The notes below the pieces were generated by a model that was not told the origin of the DNA, did no database searches, and saw nothing but the letters and a program-made list of their open reading frames with translations. 32,000 nt of DNA. Origin: an uncultured Sphingomonadaceae bacterium (GTDB lineage Bacteria > Pseudomonadota > Alphaproteobacteria > Sphingomonadales > Sphingomonadaceae). Location: assembly GCA_963540925.1 (NCBI GenBank), contig CAUTRN010000021.1:72827-104826 (forward strand), read 5' to 3'. Each line of letters begins with the position of its first letter. Within the stretch, counting starts at the first letter, position 1. A program made the translations under genes and the position numbers. Below are positions 7,997 to 16,207 of this stretch, piece by piece.

Positions 7997-9253
7997 ATGC
8001 GCAGCGCCAATCGTTTCGACCTTGCCGACTTCGACATTTCCGCCATCGATCCCCCCGCCAACGGGGAGCATCTGTTCCGAGACAGCGTGGCCATGGGGCT
8101 TGCGCTTCGCATACGGGCGTCGGGCGCCCGGACGTGGATCCTCTTCGGTCGCGAGCACCGCAGGACCGCCCGCGAAACTCTCGGCGAAGCCGGATCAATC
8201 CCCTTGGCGACCGCCCGCCGGATGGCGGTGGTGAAGCTCGCGCCCGTGCCAGACTGCCCCGCCACCGCCCCTCTATACAAGCCCAGCGCGACAGTCGCCG
8301 AGGTCTTCGTCGGCTTCCTCGCGCATGGGGCGAAAGGCCGATGGAAATCGAAGTCCGCAGTGAACACCGAGAGTATCGGCCGGCTCTACCTCCTCCCGAC
8401 GCTCGGCCATCGCAAGGTCGCCGAGATCAGCCCGGAAGAAGTCGCGCGCTGGTATCTCGCGGTCTCCGCCGGCCGCAAGGCCGGCCGGAATTACCTGACG
8501 GTCCTGTCCCAGCTCATGGCCTATGCCGAGGACCATGGGCTGAGGCCCAGCGGTTCAAATCCGTGCCGAGGGCTGCGCAAGAAGCAGACCGTCCAGCGCG
8601 GCGCCTATCTCCCGGATGCGACCATCAAGCGGCTCTGGCGGGCGCTCGATCAATTCCAAACGGTAATGCCCACCGTCTGCGACGCGGTCCGCCTCCTGCT
8701 GCTGACGGGGGCCCGGAAGAGCGAAGTCCTCGGCCTGACATGGGACCGGATCATCGGCCCGCGTGCGGTGCTCGATGACTCGAAGACCGGCCCGCAAACG
8801 CTCTGGCTGAACGCCCCGGCCCGTGCCCTGATCGAGGCTCGTCGCCAGCAGGCCAACGGCCCCTTCCTGTTTCCCGCAAAGTCGGGCGAAGGCCCGCTCA
8901 AGGATATCTACGCACCGTGGCTAAGGATCGTGAAGGCGGCGGGCCTGGCCCGGCTTCGCATCCACGACCTGCGCCACCATTATGCGTCGACCGCGGTGTC
9001 GAACGGGATCGACCTGCGCCTCATCGGGCAGTTGCTCGGCCATGCCGATATCGAAAGTACCCTGTGCTACGCGCACCTCGCCACTGGCGCGCTGGTCAAG
9101 TCGGCCAGCCGTGTCTCGGACATCATCGACCGGTCGACCGGCGCCGCCCACATAGCCATGCCGCTTCCCAAGCGCAGGGCATCGCGGGTCCGGCCAAAGG
9201 TGTCGGCCTGGAAGGCGGTCGCGATCCGGAACGGGGAGAGCCAGCATGCCTAA
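7997..9253 (+). CDS. tyrosine-type site-specific integrase (P4-like, DUF4102 arm-binding N-terminus)
   Basis: N-terminal LFRDSVAMGLALRIRASGARTWILF; catalytic LLLLTGARKSEVLGLTW (R), HDLRHHYAS (HxxR), LLGHADIESTLCYAHL (H..Y). Start chosen at ATG 7997; the track ORF begins at 7925. Confidence 0.85.
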   Translation: MRSANRFDLADFDISAIDPPANGEHLFRDSVAMGLALRIRASGARTWILFGREHRRTARETLGEAGSIPLATARRMAVVKLAPVPDCPATAPLYKPSATVAEVFVGFLAHGAKGRWKSKSAVNTESIGRLYLLPTLGHRKVAEISPEEVARWYLAVSAGRKAGRNYLTVLSQLMAYAEDHGLRPSGSNPCRGLRKKQTVQRGAYLPDATIKRLWRALDQFQTVMPTVCDAVRLLLLTGARKSEVLGLTWDRIIGPRAVLDDSKTGPQTLWLNAPARALIEARRQQANGPFLFPAKSGEGPLKDIYAPWLRIVKAAGLARLRIHDLRHHYASTAVSNGIDLRLIGQLLGHADIESTLCYAHLATGALVKSASRVSDIIDRSTGAAHIAMPLPKRRASRVRPKVSAWKAVAIRNGESQHA

Positions 9254-10421
9254 CATGCTCGTCTCGTTGACCCGGACGATATGCGACCGGGCGCGCCCGG
9301 AAGAGCGCGAATATGTCATCCGCGATATCCGCCAGCCGGGGCTGGGACTGCGCGTCCAACCAAGCGGCCTGCGCAGTTGGGTGGTGCGCCATCAGGTGCA
9401 GGGCCGCCATGTGCGCCAGCACATCGGCGGCTATCCCGAGGTCGACGTGAAGCAGGCGCGACAGGCGGCGAACGCGGTCCTCGCCGGCGGCATGCAGCCC
9501 CAGACCATCGCGCCAACCGCGCCGCTGTTCGAGACCTATCAGGTCGAGCATGAGACCGCCTGGGCGAGCCGGTTCAAGCCCGAAGGGCTTCGAACCTATC
9601 GCGCCTATGTCCAGTTGCAGTTGCTCCCCGCCTTCGCCGGAAAGAGGCTCGACGCGATCACCCGGCCCGACGTGGTGTCATGGTTCGAACGCTACAGCGC
9701 TACCAAGCCCGGCGGCGCCAATCGGGCGCTCGACATCTTGCGCCAGATGCTGCGGATCGCGCAGACATGGGGGCATCTCCCCAAGGACTGGATCAACCCC
9801 GCGGTCGGTATTCGGCAGAACCGGCGCAAGGTCGTCGGGACCTTCCTCACCCATGACCAGATGGCGCGCCTCGGCGCGGTGCTGGAACGGCGGATGGCGG
9901 AGGGATGCCAGTCGTCGGCGGTGCTCCACTTCCTCATGCTCACGGGACTTCGCGTGGGCGAGGCAATCGCGCTCGAATGGCGCGATGCGCGGCCCGATCG
10001 ACTATGCCTGCGGGACAGCAAGACCGGCCCGCGCGAGGTTCCGATCGGGCGACCGGTGCAGAAGCTGATCAGCGCCCGCCGTGCCGCCTATCGCTACCGA
10101 TACCACCGCGAGGACAGGATATTCCCGCTGCCCGAAGGCAACCGGTGCAGCTTCGTCCAGACGGTCTGGTACAAGGCCCGGGCAGAGGCAGAGCTTCCCC
10201 CGACACTGCGCATCCACGACCTGCGCCACAGCTTCGCCAGTCACTCGGTGATGTCGGGCGAGACGCTGTTCGCGACGATGCGCCTGATGGGCCATCGCCG
10301 CCCGCAGACGACGGCGCGCTACGCCCATCTGGCGGAGGAAAACCTGCTACAAACCGCCGAAACGATCGGGGCGCTGATCCTGCAGCAGATCGGCCAGCCG
10401 GCCAGACACCTTGTCACTTGA
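9246..10421 (+). CDS. tyrosine-type site-specific integrase, second tandem copy (DUF4102 type)
   Basis: EYVIRDIRQPGLGLRVQPSGLRSWVV; LMLTGLRVGEAIALEW, HDLRHSFASH, LMGHRRPQTTARYAHL. Start ATGCCTAA overlaps the stop of the first integrase by 8 nt. Confidence 0.85.
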   Translation: MPNMLVSLTRTICDRARPEEREYVIRDIRQPGLGLRVQPSGLRSWVVRHQVQGRHVRQHIGGYPEVDVKQARQAANAVLAGGMQPQTIAPTAPLFETYQVEHETAWASRFKPEGLRTYRAYVQLQLLPAFAGKRLDAITRPDVVSWFERYSATKPGGANRALDILRQMLRIAQTWGHLPKDWINPAVGIRQNRRKVVGTFLTHDQMARLGAVLERRMAEGCQSSAVLHFLMLTGLRVGEAIALEWRDARPDRLCLRDSKTGPREVPIGRPVQKLISARRAAYRYRYHREDRIFPLPEGNRCSFVQTVWYKARAEAELPPTLRIHDLRHSFASHSVMSGETLFATMRLMGHRRPQTTARYAHLAEENLLQTAETIGALILQQIGQPARHLVT

Positions 10422-10452
10422 TCGGCCGCGCAGCGGCCGATTTTTCCGGCGG

Positions 10453-11379
10453 TCAGACCTTCGTGCTGGCCGCCGCCTCAAGCTCGGCGATGCGCTCCGA
10501 GCAGACGATATGGACGACGCGGCCGAGTTCCTCGACCTGCGTGCCCAGCCACGACAGCTCTTCCTCGCCGATCCGATAATGCTTCGAATAGCGCGCCTTC
10601 ACATAGGCGTCCTTGAGCTTCTCGAACATCGCCCGCTCGCGCTTGTTGCTCATCGGCCAGACATGGCGAAGCCGGGCATCGATCCGCTCGGCTTGCGTCC
10701 GCAGGAAGGCCAGATTGTGGACATGCGGCGTGTAGAAGGTGCTGACCAAAAGCACGGTATGATACAGCCGCTCGGTCGCCTGATGAAGGTCAAAGACAGC
10801 CTTTTTCAGCTTGCCGCGAGCTGCTGCATCTCGATAACCGTCAAAGAAATCGGAAGCGCTCGGAAGCCACTCCTCGAAATATTCCCGCGCCATCGCCAGC
10901 GCCTGAATCGGCGTCTTCGGCTTGGGCTGATGCAGTTCGCTGTCGTCGGCTTGATAGAGCGCGATCCCGTCCTTCGCGACATCCATGAAGAAGTAGCGGC
11001 CATGGGCGAGCCCGTCGTTCACCTCCTTCAGGGTGTGGACGATGAAGTTGACCGGCGTCCGCAGGGTCTCGGTCACGAGCAGCTCGCGGGTCAGCCGCTG
11101 GTCGGCCTTGGCCCAGTAATCGACCCGGTCGGTCAGTTCCTTCTGGTCGACGATGACGAGCAGGTCGAAGTCGGACTTGTAGCCCTTGGCGGTGTGCGGC
11201 TCGTCGACCCAGCCGCCGCGCGCGTGCGATCCGTAGAGGATGACCTTGAGGATGCGCCCGGCCTTGCGCTTGCCGGTCGCTTCGCCATGGGCGTCGGCGA
11301 ACTCCTCGAACAATATCTGGACGACGCGCTCCAATTCGCGCTGCTTGGCCGCCGGCAGATGATCGATATCGGTGCGCAT
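10453..11379 (-). CDS. fused nucleotidyltransferase (MNT-like) and HEPN-like domain protein
   Basis: N-terminal pol-beta NTase motifs ILYGSHARGGW ... KSDFDLLVIV. C-terminal all-helical half (ERLYHTVLLV ... KDAYVKARYSKHY) resembles a HEPN domain. Confidence 0.75.
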   Translation of the reverse strand: MRTDIDHLPAAKQRELERVVQILFEEFADAHGEATGKRKAGRILKVILYGSHARGGWVDEPHTAKGYKSDFDLLVIVDQKELTDRVDYWAKADQRLTRELLVTETLRTPVNFIVHTLKEVNDGLAHGRYFFMDVAKDGIALYQADDSELHQPKPKTPIQALAMAREYFEEWLPSASDFFDGYRDAAARGKLKKAVFDLHQATERLYHTVLLVSTFYTPHVHNLAFLRTQAERIDARLRHVWPMSNKRERAMFEKLKDAYVKARYSKHYRIGEEELSWLGTQVEELGRVVHIVCSERIAELEAAASTKV

Positions 11380-11462
11380 CTCCCCTTATCCTACCAAGAA
11401 GATTCCAGCGATGCACCGCCGATCGCGACGATGCATCGTGAAAATTGCCGCCAGATTGGCAC

Positions 11463-11678
11463 TTACCCGCCCTCCTCCCCCTCCCGCGATGCCGCCTCAA
11501 GATGCACCAGCGCGTCGGCCAGAGCCCGCTCGACCTCCGCGATCGTGAGCCCAAGCCTCTCCCCGATCGCCACATGGCCGAGCCCCTGCCCAGCGCTGAG
11601 CCGATAGACCGCGCGCAGACGGTCGGGCATCGACCGATAGGCTCGATCGAACCATGCAGGCAGCGGCGCGGCCGTCAT
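11463..11678 (-). CDS. small sigma-70 region-4-like HTH protein
   Basis: DRLRAVYRLSAGQGLGHVAIGERLGLTIAEVERALADALVHL matches ECF sigma region 4 with no region 2. ATG at 11678 forms an ATGA overlap with the ArdC stop. Confidence 0.6.
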   Translation of the reverse strand: MTAAPLPAWFDRAYRSMPDRLRAVYRLSAGQGLGHVAIGERLGLTIAEVERALADALVHLEAASREGEEGG

Positions 11679-12574
11679 GCCGCCGCCTGGCGCGCATCGC
11701 ACCGCACGTCGAGGCAGCGCAACAGCCAGTCCGCCGCCTCCCCCGCCGCCCGCGCAGCATCAAAGATGCTGCGGGCATCGCCCAGACCCCAGTCGCAACC
11801 GCCATCGCTGGCCTTGTCGCTCGGCACGATCCCCAATTCGGCACAGACGAACGCCTCCGCGATCTCGGCAACCAGCCCCTCCCGCCCTTCCTCCTTCCGC
11901 GCCATGCCACCCCGGTCGAGCCGATCGCGATGCCCGGTCCAGCGGGCCAATTGCCGGATCAACAGCCGGTACCAGTCGACCGGATCGGCACCGGCGCGCG
12001 GCTCGGGCATGAGGACGATATCCGCCGCCGGATCATAAGCGGCATGGTCGCCGATCCGCACATCGGCGCCGGTCGCGGCCATCAGCAGTTCGGCGCGCAG
12101 CCATGGCCGCACCGACCGACGATATTCGAGCGGATCGCGCAGGAAGCCGAGCGGTAGCGCCGCGCACTGCTCAATGTTGAAAACGGTCACCCGCCGAAAG
12201 CGCATGGCGTGGCCGCGCCCGCCCTCGTCGCCCAGGGGCAGTTCGCCCGCCCCGTCCCCCGTCGCCGCGATCGGCCGCAACAAGGCTACGCCTTCCGCGC
12301 CTCGGCGAACATGGCCACCCAGCTCGCGCGCCTGTGCGAAGGTCAGCCAGCGGTGCGTTCCATAGCCCTGCACGGCCAGCGCTTCCCACAGGATCAGGGC
12401 ATCAGGCCCGGTCCAGCGCTCGCCGGTGATGGCATCGCGCGGCAGGCCCGGCGCCGCCGCTCCATCCCAAGGCTGCGCCCATGGCAGACGCCCTGCCGCC
12501 AGTTCGACCATGATCCCGGCCATCACCCCGGCGCAGATGCCGGTTGCCGAAGCGGACGTCGCCACCGATGCCAT
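11675..12574 (-). CDS. ardC: ArdC-like antirestriction protein (ssDNA-binding N-domain plus metalloprotease-like C-domain)
   Basis: GRLPWAQPW N-terminal motif; FNIEQC; C-terminal EGLVAEIAEAFVCAELGI is typical of ArdC. Start chosen at MASV (12574) after GGAGTGGAGAAG; the track ORF starts at 12631. Confidence 0.8.
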   Translation of the reverse strand: MASVATSASATGICAGVMAGIMVELAAGRLPWAQPWDGAAAPGLPRDAITGERWTGPDALILWEALAVQGYGTHRWLTFAQARELGGHVRRGAEGVALLRPIAATGDGAGELPLGDEGGRGHAMRFRRVTVFNIEQCAALPLGFLRDPLEYRRSVRPWLRAELLMAATGADVRIGDHAAYDPAADIVLMPEPRAGADPVDWYRLLIRQLARWTGHRDRLDRGGMARKEEGREGLVAEIAEAFVCAELGIVPSDKASDGGCDWGLGDARSIFDAARAAGEAADWLLRCLDVRCDARQAAA

Positions 12575-13034
12575 CTTCTCCACTCCCTTCCAGAGCCGCA
12601 ACCGGCCCCGGAATGGCGGGGTGGGCGGCAAGGCGTGGACCGGCAGGCCCCGCGATCGAGGCGGGCGTCACCCGCAGGGCCGCAATGGAATGAAGGAGCA
12701 GGCCCGCCTGCTTGCCGCCCGCCGCGCCGGGCCTAGAGGGAGACGCCGCCCACCCCGCCGTGCCGGAGGCCGGACAACGACCTCAGCGCGCCCGAGCGCG
12801 ATGGCCGACCTCGGATCAGCGATCCGATAGCGTCAGCGATCGTCGCCCGGATGGGACGAGACCAGCGCAGCGCAGGCTCGATGGAGCGTAGCGGAACAGA
12901 GCGCGGCCGCGCCGCGGGACGCCCAAATCTTTCGCTGGTCCAAACAGGGATCGACCCGACAGCCGCGCGTTCAGCCAAGTCATTTCCCAAAGCCGATACG
13001 CGCCCTTATAAGCTTCCTCCGAAATGGAGAAAAT

Positions 13035-13463
13035 ATGTCCGACAATGTTCTGCTCGAACTGACCGCCGACATCGTCGCTGCGCACCTCTCGTCGAACACG
13101 GTCGCCGCAGGTGACGTCCCCACGATGATCAAGAGCGTGCATGCCGCGCTGGCGGGACTTGGAACGCCGCCGGTCGAAGAACCGGTGGAGCAACAGCCTG
13201 CCGTGTCGATCCGAGCCTCGATCAAGCCTGACTATATTGTCTGCCTGGAGGACGGCAAAAAGCTGAAGATGCTCAAGCGGCACCTGATGACACATTATCA
13301 GATGACCCCCGAGGATTATCGCGCGAAGTGGAAGCTTCCGGCCGACTATCCGATGGTCGCGCCCAATTATGCGGCGCAGCGCAAGGAGCTTGCGCTCAAG
13401 ATCGGGCTGGGCCGCAAGCCCGCGCCGGCGAAGGCACCTGCCAAGAGCCGCCCAAAGAAATAA
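13035..13463 (+). CDS. mucR: MucR/Ros family zinc-finger transcriptional regulator
   Basis: LTADIVAAHLSSN, SIKPDYIVCLEDGKKLKMLKRHLMTHYQMTPEDYRAKWKLPADYPMVAPNYAAQRKELA is the hallmark ROS/MucR sequence. Confidence 0.92.
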   Translation: MSDNVLLELTADIVAAHLSSNTVAAGDVPTMIKSVHAALAGLGTPPVEEPVEQQPAVSIRASIKPDYIVCLEDGKKLKMLKRHLMTHYQMTPEDYRAKWKLPADYPMVAPNYAAQRKELALKIGLGRKPAPAKAPAKSRPKK

Positions 13464-13578
13464 GATAGCCAGACGCCGGCCGTTCAGCCCACGGTTGGCA
13501 GGAAGCTCGCTGAGGAATGACCACGTACAGGGCGCTATTTGAGATGCCCCGCACGGATCACCGTGCGAGGCGTCCGAG

Positions 13579-13878
13579 TCAGCGGGACCAGATCAACCTG
13601 TGCTCACCTCCGTCACCCTGGATGAGGGTAGCGTAGATCGGAGCGGGAAAGGACGGGTCATCGAGTTTGAGACTGAGATATTCGGCGCCCGTTTCACGCG
13701 CCGCCTTTGTCCAGCCAGCGCCAAATTCGACGCCGCCAGCGCTGACGCGATGGTCGGGAGCCCGGTCGTGATCGCGTTCGGTCGGACGGATGGTAGCCTT
13801 GACGCGAAGGGTAAGAGTCCGAATCTCACCGGTGTATGTTCCGCTTTCGTCGCGGGTAAAAATGCCAATCTGAGCCAT
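13579..13878 (-). CDS. DUF736 domain protein
   Basis: MAQIGIFTRDESGTYTGEIRTLTLRVKATIRP ... GAGWTKAARETGAEYLSLKLDDPSFPAPIYATL matches the DUF736 pattern common on alphaproteobacterial ICEs and plasmids. Confidence 0.85.
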   Translation of the reverse strand: MAQIGIFTRDESGTYTGEIRTLTLRVKATIRPTERDHDRAPDHRVSAGGVEFGAGWTKAARETGAEYLSLKLDDPSFPAPIYATLIQGDGGEHRLIWSR

Positions 13879-14423
13879 GTCGAAGCTCCCTTGATCTTCG
13901 AAACCGCCCTATGCGGCCTCGATAGCGATCGACCGGCGCGAAACGGGCGTCTTGCACCTCCAAGGCCGCAGCGCAGCGGAGGACGGCAGAGCCGGGCATT
14001 TTGCTTCGCGAGGAAGCATGGCACATGCGGGGAAAAAGGCCGGTGGAGCCGTTGCGAGATGAGCCCGTACCGCGCCAGATCCGCGATGGGAGAGGCTGCG
14101 GGCGGTTTACGCGGAGCTGGGGCAGTTAATCAGATCGGTTCGGCATGCACATCAAGAGGTTCAAAGCTTTAGATTGGCAGGTGGGCGCGAAGACCGGACC
14201 GCGCTGAGGGCGCGCAGGTAGCTGCTCATCGAACTGGAATTGGCGGACGGCGAGCGATCCACATTTCGGTATCGCGATGGGGTAACTTCGAAAGCGGAAG
14301 ATTTGCCGTCATCAAACGGTCGCACGATTTCACGTTGATGCCGTGGCGCAATGTGATGGATTTCAATATCGGCAAGACGGTGTCCAGGATCATGCGGGCC
14401 AAAGGGCATTTTCTGGCAGTTCT

Positions 14424-14457
14424 GGCGGGTCGGGCGGGGCGGCGGGTCGGGCGGGGC
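14424..14457. repeat. perfect 17-bp tandem duplication GGCGGGTCGGGCGGGGC x2 (G-run rich)
   Basis: Read directly: 14424-14440 and 14441-14457 are identical. Lies about 190 nt upstream of the ATPase start. Confidence 0.95.
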
Positions 14458-14643
14458 CGGTGCTCAGATAGGCTCGACTGCAGTTCCTCGCCGTCGGCAT
14501 CGCGCGTGACGCGGCGAACAGATCGATGGCCGTCAAGACCATTTCGCAATAGTCATGTGCCGCGCTACACAGCGGGCACGGTACGATCATTTCTTCGTCA
14601 CGCCGGTCCCACAACTAGGATGTGGAGCACAAAGGGGGATGCA

Positions 14644-16203
14644 ATGCGGTTTGTGGTCAAGTTCCGCCAGGGTGAATCACCGACCACGAAACATTATCCC
14701 CATGCGGTCCTCGCACAGGATAATTGGGACGATTACGGCTACAAGACGACCTTCTACGTGAAGCTGCACCTCAGCTCGGACGAAGAGGTCGATCTTGGCA
14801 ACGTCAAAATTATCGAGGCGGCGCGGACCGGCGGCTATACTGAAATGCCCAAGAGTGCCTTTCAGCAACTGCCGGAGGGCTTCGGGTCGCTCGGCGCTGA
14901 ACTTGACTATTATGAAACGCTGCACCGCCTCGGCCGCGACATCTTCGCGCCCTTCCTAGAAGGGTTACGCGACGTCGCCTTCGACGACGAGGCCAAGGCG
15001 GCAGTCGAGGATTCGGAGGCCTATCGTGTCTCGCTGCTGCGGTTCGGTAACGCTGAACGCACCATATCCGATGCCGCCAAATTGCTGCGGGCGCGACGCC
15101 TGCCGATCAAGCGGCGTAGCGCCGGGTTCATCGTCAAGTTCAAGACCAAGGTCGCGCGCCGCGCGGCGTCGCTTCGCGCGGATTTCGATTTCCGCCGGGT
15201 TGGCCGTCTGCCAAACCGGATCATCGCGCTGATCGGCTATAATGGGACGGGCAAGACCCGGTTACTCTCTAACCTGGCGGTCGTCGCGAGCGGCTATGGC
15301 TATGACAGCAAGCAGGAGGCGCTGGAAAATGCCGCCGGGCGCTTCGTCGGCTCGCCGCCGCCATTCAAGACCGTCGTTGTGGTGTCGTACAGCGCCTTCG
15401 ACACCTTCGTGATCCCCGGACAGACGGCGGTCGAGAAACAGCGGCTCCAGGAAAGCGGTGAGCTCTTCGGCTATGTCTATTGCGGCCTGCGCGAACGGGC
15501 CGATGACGATGATGATGGCGAGCCCGCCTATCGCCTGCGAACGCCCGCCGAGATCAAGGAGGAGTTTCTGGCAGCGCTGCGGCGCGTCGTCGCAGCCGAC
15601 CGGCTTCCCGAGCTGATCGAAATCCTCACACCGCTGCTGCGCGATGCCTCGTTCCAGCGGATCGGCCTAACCCAGATTTTCGCCAACCGCGATGAGGATG
15701 ATGTCGCGGACCTGTTTCGCGACCTGAGCAGCGGCCACAAGGTCGTTCTAAAAATCTTGACCGAGCTGACCGCGCATATCGCGCGGTCGGGCCCGACCCT
15801 GGTACTGATTGACGAGCCCGAAACCCACCTTCATCCACCGCTCCTCGCCGCCTTTCTCAAGAGCGTGCGCCTCTGCCTAGAGACCTTTAACGGCTTTGCG
15901 ATAATCGCGACCCATTCTCCCGTCGTCTTGCAGGAGACGCCGGCGCGTTACGTCCGGGTGATGCGGCGGCAAGGCTCGGTAAACACGCTAGACGCCCCTA
16001 CAATCGAAACCTTCGCGGAGAATATCGGTGTCATCACGCAGGAGGTGTTCAACCTCAGCGATGGCGCCACCGACTGGCACGAAACCCTTGGATCGCTCGC
16101 CACCCAGAGCAGCCTCGAAGAGATCGAAGAGATGTTCGAGTCGAGGCTGGGCTTCGCCGCCCGCTCCTATGTGCTGAGCATTCAGGACGAGCGCGAGGAC
16201 TGA
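14644..16203 (+). CDS. ABC/AAA_15-21-type ATPase, Septu PtuA-like
   Basis: Walker A LIGYNGTGKTRLL, signature-like LSSGHKVVL, Walker B TLVLIDEPETHLHP, H-loop IIATHSP. About 200-aa N-terminal domain of unknown type (DNWDDYGYKTTFYVKL). Start at ATG 14644 after AAAGGGGGA; the track ORF from 14335 is probably an over-extension. Confidence 0.8.
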   Translation: MRFVVKFRQGESPTTKHYPHAVLAQDNWDDYGYKTTFYVKLHLSSDEEVDLGNVKIIEAARTGGYTEMPKSAFQQLPEGFGSLGAELDYYETLHRLGRDIFAPFLEGLRDVAFDDEAKAAVEDSEAYRVSLLRFGNAERTISDAAKLLRARRLPIKRRSAGFIVKFKTKVARRAASLRADFDFRRVGRLPNRIIALIGYNGTGKTRLLSNLAVVASGYGYDSKQEALENAAGRFVGSPPPFKTVVVVSYSAFDTFVIPGQTAVEKQRLQESGELFGYVYCGLRERADDDDDGEPAYRLRTPAEIKEEFLAALRRVVAADRLPELIEILTPLLRDASFQRIGLTQIFANRDEDDVADLFRDLSSGHKVVLKILTELTAHIARSGPTLVLIDEPETHLHPPLLAAFLKSVRLCLETFNGFAIIATHSPVVLQETPARYVRVMRRQGSVNTLDAPTIETFAENIGVITQEVFNLSDGATDWHETLGSLATQSSLEEIEEMFESRLGFAARSYVLSIQDERED

Positions 16204-16207
16204 TCCG

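Noticed and set aside
7997-10421. Recombinase-in-trio (RIT) element
   Set aside because: Only two adjacent recombinases are present, both of the same DUF4102 type, and no third tandem gene follows.
10411-11607. 398-aa plus-strand ORF and 244-aa minus-strand ORF overlapping the NTase-HEPN gene
   Set aside because: Low-complexity translation without motifs. The competing minus-strand frame has clear NTase motifs.
14161-14614. Possible frameshifted HNH endonuclease pseudogene on the minus strand (CPLC in one frame, IEIHHIAPRH in another)
   Set aside because: The spacing of about 75 aa between the two motifs is too long for an HNH core. Removing one 17-bp repeat copy does not join the two relevant frames. 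The resemblance is too weak to call.
14335-14643. Upstream extension of the ATPase ORF (track start at 14335)
   Set aside because: The extension is Arg/Gly-rich and runs through the 17-bp duplication. A good SD (AAAGGGGGA) precedes the ATG at 14644, where the conserved-looking sequence begins.
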